From assembly GCA_021613535.1 (NCBI GenBank), contig CP075495.1:6572001-6636000 (forward strand): a stretch of 64,000 nucleotides of DNA, written 5' to 3'. The notes under the pieces were generated by a model, which worked only from the letters and a program-made list of their open reading frames with translations, ran no database searches and was not told where the DNA came from. Positions 56,196-64,000 of this stretch are shown in pieces (within the stretch, counting starts at the first letter, position 1; every line of letters starts with the position of its first letter). Source of the DNA: Adineta vaga (Eukaryota; Animalia; Rotifera). The position numbers were made by a program, and so were the translations under genes.

Positions 56196-57439
56196 ATGTC
56201 TTTCAATACAAGTGATCAATTGAATCCAATTGTTATTGATAATGGTACTGGAATGCTTAAAGCAGGTTTTGGTGGAGAAGATGCTCCACGTGCAGTCTTT
56301 CCTGCTGTTGTTGGTCGTCCTCGTTATAATATTGTTATGAATGGTATGCATCAAAAAGATGCATTTGTTGGTGATGAAGCATTAGCCAAGCGAGGTATTT
56401 TAGCACTTCAATATCCGATTGAAAATGGAATTGTTGGAAATTGGAATGATATGGAAAAAATTTGGCATCATACATTCTATAATGAACTTCGAGTTGCACC
56501 TGAAGAACATCCTGTTTTAATTACAGAAGCACCATTAAATCCAAAAACAAATCGAGAAAAGATGACACAAATTCTTTTCGAACAATTCAATACACCAGGT
56601 AAGAGAATATCTTATGATTTCATAGAAATTTCATCGGTTTTGTCGATTTAGCTATGTATGTGGCAATTCAAGCTGTTCTATCACTTTATGCATCAGGTCG
56701 AACAACTGGTATTGTACTTGATTCAGGTGATGGCGTTACCCATACAGTACCAATTTATGAAGGATATGCATTACCACATGCAATTGGTCGTTTAAATTTA
56801 GCTGGTCGAGATCTTACGAATTGGATGGGTCGTATATTGACTGAACGTGGTTATTCATTTACATCAACAGCTGAACGTGAAATTGTTCGAGATATTAAAG
56901 AAAAACTTTGCTATGTGGCATCCGACTTCGATCAAGAATTAAGTCGTGCAACATCGTCAAATAAAATTGAAACTAATTATGAATTACCTGATGGTCAAAT
57001 TATAACAATTGGTAATGAACGTTTTCGTTGTCCTGAAGCACTTTTTGATCCATCGCTGCTTGGTCGTGAAGATGAAGGCATTGTTCAAATGGTTTATAAG
57101 ACAATCATGAAATGTGATATTGATGTACGAAAAGAATTATATGCGAATACTGTTTTATCAGGAGGTAAAAACTCAAATGCATTATATACGTTTTTTCTGA
57201 TTTCTTTTCTTTAAGGTACAACTATGTATAGTGGTATAGCTGATCGACTAGAAAAAGACCTCAAAGGATTAATTCCATCAAATATGAAAGTCAAAGTGAT
57301 TGCTCCACCTGAACGTAAATATTCTGTATGGATTGGTGGTTCCATTTTAAGTTCTTTACAAACATTCGATGCTATGTGGATAACAAAACGAGAATATGAT
57401 GAATCAGGTCCATCGATCGTACATCGAAAATGTTTTTAA
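56196..57439 (+). CDS. Divergent actin (3 exons)
   Basis: [65 protein letters not shown], ends [10 protein letters not shown]. Introns at 56599-56651 and 57165-57215. Confidence 0.93.
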
Positions 57440-58289
57440 ATTTTTGTCTAAATAAATCATTTTGTTTATATTCTTGAAATAATAAAAGTTTTTTTTGATA
57501 TTGTCAGTGCAATTATCATTTTCATCAACTCTTTCGAATGCTTCAAAGAATTTCTTTGTGTCTAAAATATGATATTCCATCAATAAATTCTACATTCTTT
57601 GATGATATCCTTGTCAATAAAGTATGTCATCATCATTTATCTTTGCTTGAAAAATTTCATATGTGAATACAGAGAGATATTAGATAATTTATTCCCAGTA
57701 ACATTATCAATTAGTACAGAATAAACAACTAAATGTTATCATGACATAATCAAAAGCACTTTTTCAAAGAGATAAGATTAATCATTGATAATACTCCGAT
57801 TAATCAACTAGAATTTCTCTGTTATGTAAATGCATATCGTATGTTTTACATTATAATCGTATATGATTAAATTTCTATTTGATTGACAAGAATTGTTTTT
57901 TAAGAATATATTTCATTCGGTACGATAAATTTTAAAGAGATTTGTTGTAGTTTTATTTTTCTAACAACAAATTATCTACGTGAATGAGTCGGTTTTTTTA
58001 GAAATAAATATAACTCCAGTTTTGTTTGTCGAAGTTCTTGTTTTTCTAATAATTCTTTTCATATAAACAGAAAAAAAACACGATTGAAATGCATACACAT
58101 ATATGTATGTATGTATGTATGTATATATAAAATGTACAATCAGCAAATAGATGATCATATATCTAAAGGCTACACCGAAGAAAAGAGAGACAGAGAGAGA
58201 GAGAAAGTAAAAACAACAACAACAAAAGGAAAGAAAACTGTAGCGCCCACTGTATGACGACTTATATACATAATAAAAGAATAGAAAGA

Positions 58290-60682
58290 TTAATTACTAG
58301 CCGTTTGTTTAATATCGCTTTCAGCTGAAACGGTATTGAAATTTCGTTTTAAGGATGTTAATTGTCTATCAGCACCATATGCTACAGACATATTTGCATC
58401 TAAATTTAAAGATTTTTTTGTTTGACAACGACGAAGTATCTCATTAAAACAAGAATCTTCACCAGTGATCACATGACTAAAGAAAAAAATACGAATATTT
58501 ATATATTTGATTTTGTTTTCCCGTAATTGATTGTATTTACTCTCGTTTTAAATGTTGTCTCATTAACATGCGCGATTTACATCCCAAGGAACAAAAACAA
58601 CAAACATATGTGTCAAAATCTTGATGATATACCATATGGGATGTTAATTTATCTTTACGAAAAAAGAAACGACCACAAATATTGCATCCATAACGAACGT
58701 GTCTATCATGTATTGATGTCTTATGACGAATCATTGTATGAACACTACTGAATACTTTATTACCTAGAAGAAAATCAAAAAGAAAACTTCAGATGTTTGT
58801 TTTTTTGTAGACAAGAAAAATCTATTAGATAATGTATCGTACAAATTGGACAAGCCGCTTTCGAATCCAATCGCGTGTTCAAAAGTTCTTCCTAAGAACA
58901 TGAAAGAAAATAGAATATAAATGAGATAAGAGCTTTTTTTCCGTACCATATTTTCTTGGAGAGGATCAAATAATGATGGTGTCGTCGGAGATAGATGAGA
59001 ATCACAATTCTCAAGTACCTAAAAGAGAGATTGAAAATAAAACGATTTTCTAAAGCACATTAGTTTTTTTTCCGATGATGAATATGATACAAGATTACAA
59101 AATATGAGTAAAACTACGTACTATTCATTCCAATTTTTCAAATCAAAATCGAGGTAAGTTATCTTTAAAGTCATGACATTTATTCCTAAATTCTTAACGT
59201 ATTCGTTGTAATATTTATCAAAATTTTAAGATAAAAAACACGATACGATGTTTATCTCCTTTGTAGAACATCCTTTTTTCATTATCCTTATATACCAAAA
59301 TGTTCTTCAGAAAATTCTCCTAACTCTAGGAATAGACTTAGTTTTAATATAATTATTATTCATCATGTCAAAGAAAAAGAAGAAAACAACATACATTAAC
59401 TGTTGCATCTGAGGTACACATGCCATTGTTTGCATGTTCTTGCCCAAGTAATAGACTATCAAATGTTTCATGACATTGAGCGCATTTGAAATGTGTTGAT
59501 CCCATTGATGAACAAGTGTCCGAATCTGTAAATGCGATAAGCATTGGACGACGATGAATTGTAGCAACTGTTTTATTCGTTTCATTTTCCTGGATAAGTT
59601 CAAGTGCTGGTGATAAAGGTTCATCGTCTACAGATTTTAAATTTACCATTTGTTGTTGTTGTTGTTGTTGTTGTTGATGATGGTGATGGTGATGGTTATG
59701 ATTGTGTTGTCGATTATGTTCATGATTATCAGTTGAATAGGATAGACAATTGTTAGTCGATGGAGAAAGTGATGTTGACCACAAACTACTTGAATAAATA
59801 AAATTAGGTGCAACATTTTTATCCGGTGATAGAACACCATCAATATCTTCTAAACAACGTGATTCATCACTTGATAATTCAATATCACTTTCACCACGAT
59901 TAGATTCAACAGTCATTAATTCTAACAAAGAGAGAAAAAAATAAATGTAGGAATACTTCAATTTTGATAAATAGACAAATCCACTAACCTGGACTACCTT
60001 CATAGGTTTTCAGTTGCATTGTTTGCCAATTTGAAATCATATTTGATGGGTGTAAACGATCGATTACATTTATTGTCGTTGTTGGAATCACAGATGTGGG
60101 TGGATCAATCGTTAATATTCTGGGTCGTTTTGAAATTGATTCTTGTGAATATTGCTGTTGTTTCAGATCTGTTTTGAGCGATAACATCGGCGTAGCTGGC
60201 GGAGAAGCTGTTTCAATATGTGTTGTTTCACGAATTGAAATTTCTGCTGCAAATGATCGTCCACATGCACATGTAAAACGTTGACCATGATTGATTTTCG
60301 GTGTCAATACAGATTGAACAGGCGTTGATACTGCAAAAAGTTTATTAAATAAGAATAAACTTATTCATAGAATCAAGCAAAAGAATTATTAGAGGAGAAT
60401 TGAATGTTTACAACTATTGATTGAAATTTCTCATCAACATCGGAAGAAGATGATGAAATATCGAATATAATCTTGAAATTTTCTCTATTTTTTTATCTTG
60501 TTTAATAGAATATGATTGAATTGGAAATTGAAGTAAAATCTATTTGAAAGCAACTTACATAATCCGGAAATTCTGTATCTTGAAATTTCTCCATCAAGCC
60601 AATTAATTAATGGTACAATTTGATCGGATTTTGTCTGTTCAATAGCTTTAGTTATAATCGCTTGGATATCTCCGAATTCCAT
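58290..60682 (-). CDS. C2H2 zinc-finger transcription factor with poly-His/poly-Gln tract
   Basis: Fingers FKCAQCHETF..H, ACPICNKVFSSVHTMIRHKTSIH, YGCNICGRFFFRKDKLTSHMVYH, YVCCFCSLGCKSRMLMRQHLKREH. HHHHHHQQQQQQQQQ at about 59650-59697. Confidence 0.8.
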
Positions 60683-61227
60683 ATAATTCTAATTTTTTTT
60701 TCGTCTTCTTTTTTTAGGCTAAAATAGGAAAAGAATATATTCGAACGAAAAATTATTTTGCTTATTTTTTCTGAGTCAAAATCCACAAGAATCATGATAT
60801 GTTTTTTTCTTACTCGAAAAAATAATATATTCTAAATATAAATACATGAATATATGGCGCCACATATCGTCAAAATCATTCGAACATGTGGCGCATCTTA
60901 TCGATGATTGGTTCATATAGACGACACAAAGATACATTCAGATAGAAAACAAATAACAAATAACATCACTTGTAGAAGAGGGCGAAAATGATGTTGATGG
61001 TTCAATGCACTTACGCATCAGCTGAGTGTTTTTTTTCTCTCATTTTTTCTTTCTTTTTAGATCACTTTTTTTCTCTCTTAATAGCCATTGATAAAAACGA
61101 TGAATAATTATCAATAAAAATAAAGAAAAAGAAAAGAAAAAAAATTCTGACAAAATCTTCTCTTCGACTCTTCGTTGTTCTTCCTCTTCTTCTTCTTCTT
61201 CTCTTTTTGTTTCGTAATTAAACAAGA

Positions 61228-63758
61228 ATGGAATTACGTGTTGGTCATAAATATCGACTTGGACGAAAGATTGGCTCGGGTTCATTTGGTGATATCTATC
61301 TGGGAACAAATATTGCTTCAAATGAAGAAGTCGCAATTAAACTCGAATGTGTCCGAACTAAACATCCTCAATTACATATTGAATCGAAAATTTATCGTAT
61401 GATGCAAGGTGGAGTTGGTATTCCATTAATTAAATGGTGTGGCGCTGAAGGAGATTATAATGTTCTTGTGATGGATTTACTAGGACCATCGCTGGAAGAT
61501 CTATTTAATTTTTGTTCAAGAAAGTTTTCGCTCAAAACTGTTCTTCTACTGGCTGATCAAATGGTATGAATTGAAATTGATCGTTTTTCTTCTTATTCAA
61601 TATAGCGAATTTCGTTTGTCTTCATTTTAGGTTAGTCGTATTGATTTTATTCATTCAAAAAATTTCATTCATCGAGATATTAAACCTGGTAAATAAGACT
61701 ATTTCGAATCTATCAATCGTACATTTCCGTTTCATTTTTTTCTTCATTAGACAACTTTCTAATGGGCCTTGGTCGAAAGGGCAATCTCGTGTACATTATT
61801 GATTTTGGTCTGGCAAAAAAATATCGAGATGCACGCACACATCAACACATACCTTATCGAGAAAATAAAAATTTAACCGGAACAGCACGTTATGCTTCAA
61901 TCAACACACATCTCGGCATTGGTTTGTTTTCTTTGCTTGTTTTTTTAATAATGAGACTCTCTAAGTATAGGTTGATTAGTAATAGACGATTTCTATCTTC
62001 TACATATGATACAATTCTTTAAATGCGGAAAAAACCTTTACCCTATGTCTTTTTTTCTTTTCTATGATAAGTATCTTTAATAAGGCAAACGGTTTTGAAT
62101 CATATTAGAAGTTATTCATGCTTTGAAAATATCACACTTGTTTCATTGAAGTTATTTCCTCTTATGTAATAACCATAATTTTGTTCATGAAAATAGATAA
62201 AAGCTTGACCTTACGAGAAAAAGAATAACATTGTATGTCAAGGAAAATCAAGTTATGATTTTCTTTTACAGAGATTGAATTCAGTTAGTGTAAATGTAAA
62301 TTAATCAAAATATTTCAAAATTTGTGTAAACGTAGTTACAACCGAAAATTTCCGTAAAAGTTTCTTTTACTTGATTTCGTGATGGTTGGATGGCGCTCGT
62401 TGACTTTCGTGAAATTTCTCGTTTAAGTGTGAAACATACTTTGACTTATGTAATTCGACCCGATCTATTCAACCATTACAAAAGAGAAATATGTATATAT
62501 CTTGTTGATACGAAAATTTTCGTTTAACCTGTATCTCTGAGCTATGACACGAAAGGTTTATTCGAGAAAAATACATGTCATGTATTGCATTAATTACGTT
62601 AGAATGAAAGTGAAAATAATAGACATGTAAGATAGTATATTAATAAGTATTTTATATAAAAGAAACAATTTGTATTAGAAAAGAAAGGTTACAGTATTGT
62701 AAAATTGCTAGTACGGGTCGTTGGTTTTCGGCAAGGTTATGTATAGATCGATATTTCAATGACTTATGCCTTCGAAGTTCAGAGTACTACGTATGACTTT
62801 TCAACAAAAAAAATCAACAATGAAATTTTTTAATAAAATATATTGAAATATAAAATATGACATTTTTAAGCAATAAAATATTGAATAAATTATTCCTACT
62901 CATAAATAAATGTCATTCTATCATGATTGTATAAATGAGGAAATACTTCACATTGTTATCGTGATGTTATTGACATCCAGATGTTATGGCTTTTCATCAG
63001 TAATCTAATACGTAATTATGTTTTGTTCAGATAGAATCTATTCTGTACAGGAATATTGAAGGAATGTGATTTTTCTCCTCTTTTTAGAGCAAAGCCGTCG
63101 AGATGATATGGAGTCGCTTGGTTATGTGCTGATGTATTTCAATCGTGGTAGTCTTCCTGTATGAATGAATGATTAAATACATTTTTTCCATCTAATTAAA
63201 ACTATGGTTTCTCTTCTAGTGGCAAGGTTTAAAAGCTGCAACGAAACGACAAAAATACGAACGTATAAGTGAAAAGAAAATGTCAACACCAATTGAAGAA
63301 TTATGTAAAGGATTTCCTGGTAAATAACGTATTTACTCGGTAATTGAAACTGGTCGTTATTTTGTATGTTTTATTTTAGCTGAATTTACTACCTATCTTT
63401 CTTACTGTCGCTCGTTACGTTTTGATGATAAACCAGATTATTCGTATGTTTTAACTGAAAAAATTTTCATTTTAAATTTATTTCCTTTCTTCTATTAGCT
63501 ATTTACGACAATTGTTTCGTAATTTATTTCATCGTCAAGGTTTTACCTATGATTATATTTTCGATTGGAATATGCTCAAATTTGTATGAAATATCATTTA
63601 TTTTGTTTTGTTTTTAGTTAATCATATTATATTCTTATTTTAGAGTGGACAACGATTTGATACGAACAGTGCTAATGAAGGTTCAGCTAATAAACTTGAA
63701 ACAAATGGTTTTTCAGCACCACCACAAGGGCCTCAGCCAATGTATAATAACAATCAAG
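61228..63758 (+). CDS. CSNK1D: Casein kinase 1 delta/epsilon (doubletime-like), 3' end beyond the window
   Basis: [95 protein letters not shown]. The last visible exon ends at donor gtgag 63759. Delta versus epsilon cannot be resolved. Confidence 0.93.
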
Positions 63759-63914
63759 GTGAGTTCAAATCGATGAAAATATTCTTTTCTTTTTCGAGAA
63801 GACATTTTCTTCTTCATATCTTAAAACTGATATTAAAAGTAAATTTTCCTAATAAGAATAGAAAGTCTCGATATAAATGGTCGACCCACCTTCGGTCCAT
63901 CGTTAAGTATAAAT

Positions 63915-63992
63915 GATGATAATGGATATGTGACTAACAAAAAACTCGATAATGACGATAATGGGCATATGACTAACAACAAAAGTGATGAT
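63915..63992 (+). repeat. Imperfect 39-bp tandem repeat (2 copies, possibly continuing past the window end)
   Basis: gatgataatggatatgtgactaacaaaaaactcgataat / gacgataatgggcatatgactaacaacaaaagtgatgat. Confidence 0.65.
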
Positions 63993-64000
63993 GATGATGA

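Noticed and set aside
61922-63089. Long CK1 intron with short palindromes (acgaaaattttcgt; cgacccg/cgggtcg) suggesting a MITE
   Set aside because: Matches are short and expected in AT-rich DNA; no clear TIR/TSD pair.
1-64000. Prokaryotic systems (CRISPR arrays, bacterial operons), rRNA/tRNA genes, alternative genetic code
   Set aside because: The sequence is spliced eukaryotic DNA. Conserved genes translate with the standard code once introns are removed, and no repeat-spacer arrays or RNA-gene signatures were seen. Many listed ORFs are antisense or off-frame shadows of real exons.

Overview
Eukaryotic, very AT-rich (roughly 25-30% GC by eye), gene-dense genomic DNA with many short (about 50-65 nt) GT-AG introns. 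Intron size, composition, metazoan gene content and a degenerate F-box/LRR gene of a type expanded in bdelloids suggest a bdelloid rotifer (Rotaria/Adineta-like); this is inference. About 18 protein-coding genes can be assembled: a ZU5/UPA-like + tandem death-domain protein, a GAD/CSAD-type PLP decarboxylase, a two-WAP secreted protein, a PLEKHA5/6/7-like PH protein, PDS5, two tandem ZIP (SLC39) genes, three Yip1-family genes (YIPF6, YIPF1/2, YIPF5/7), a PKA catalytic subunit, a GT11 alpha-1,2-fucosyltransferase, a tail-anchored RING protein, an otopetrin, OLA1, an NCS-family EF-hand protein, a divergent actin, a C2H2 zinc-finger protein and CK1 delta/epsilon (runs off the window). There is also one F-box pseudogene. 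No rRNA, tRNA or CRISPR features were seen. The most notable observations are: (i) operon-like same-strand pairs with about 125-nt U-rich spacers ending in a splice acceptor at the downstream ATG (OLA1->YIPF5; ZIP->ZIP), consistent with SL trans-spliced polycistronic units; (ii) the upstream ZIP has lost the TM4/TM5 metal-binding motifs (candidate pseudo-transporter or regulatory subunit); (iii) alternative N-termini in PKA, PLEKHA and otopetrin; (iv) an actin lacking His73; (v) a telomere-like G4 motif inside the F-box pseudogene; (vi) a frameshifted GT11 gene. All gene models and family calls are from manual translation and motif recognition; no searches were run.
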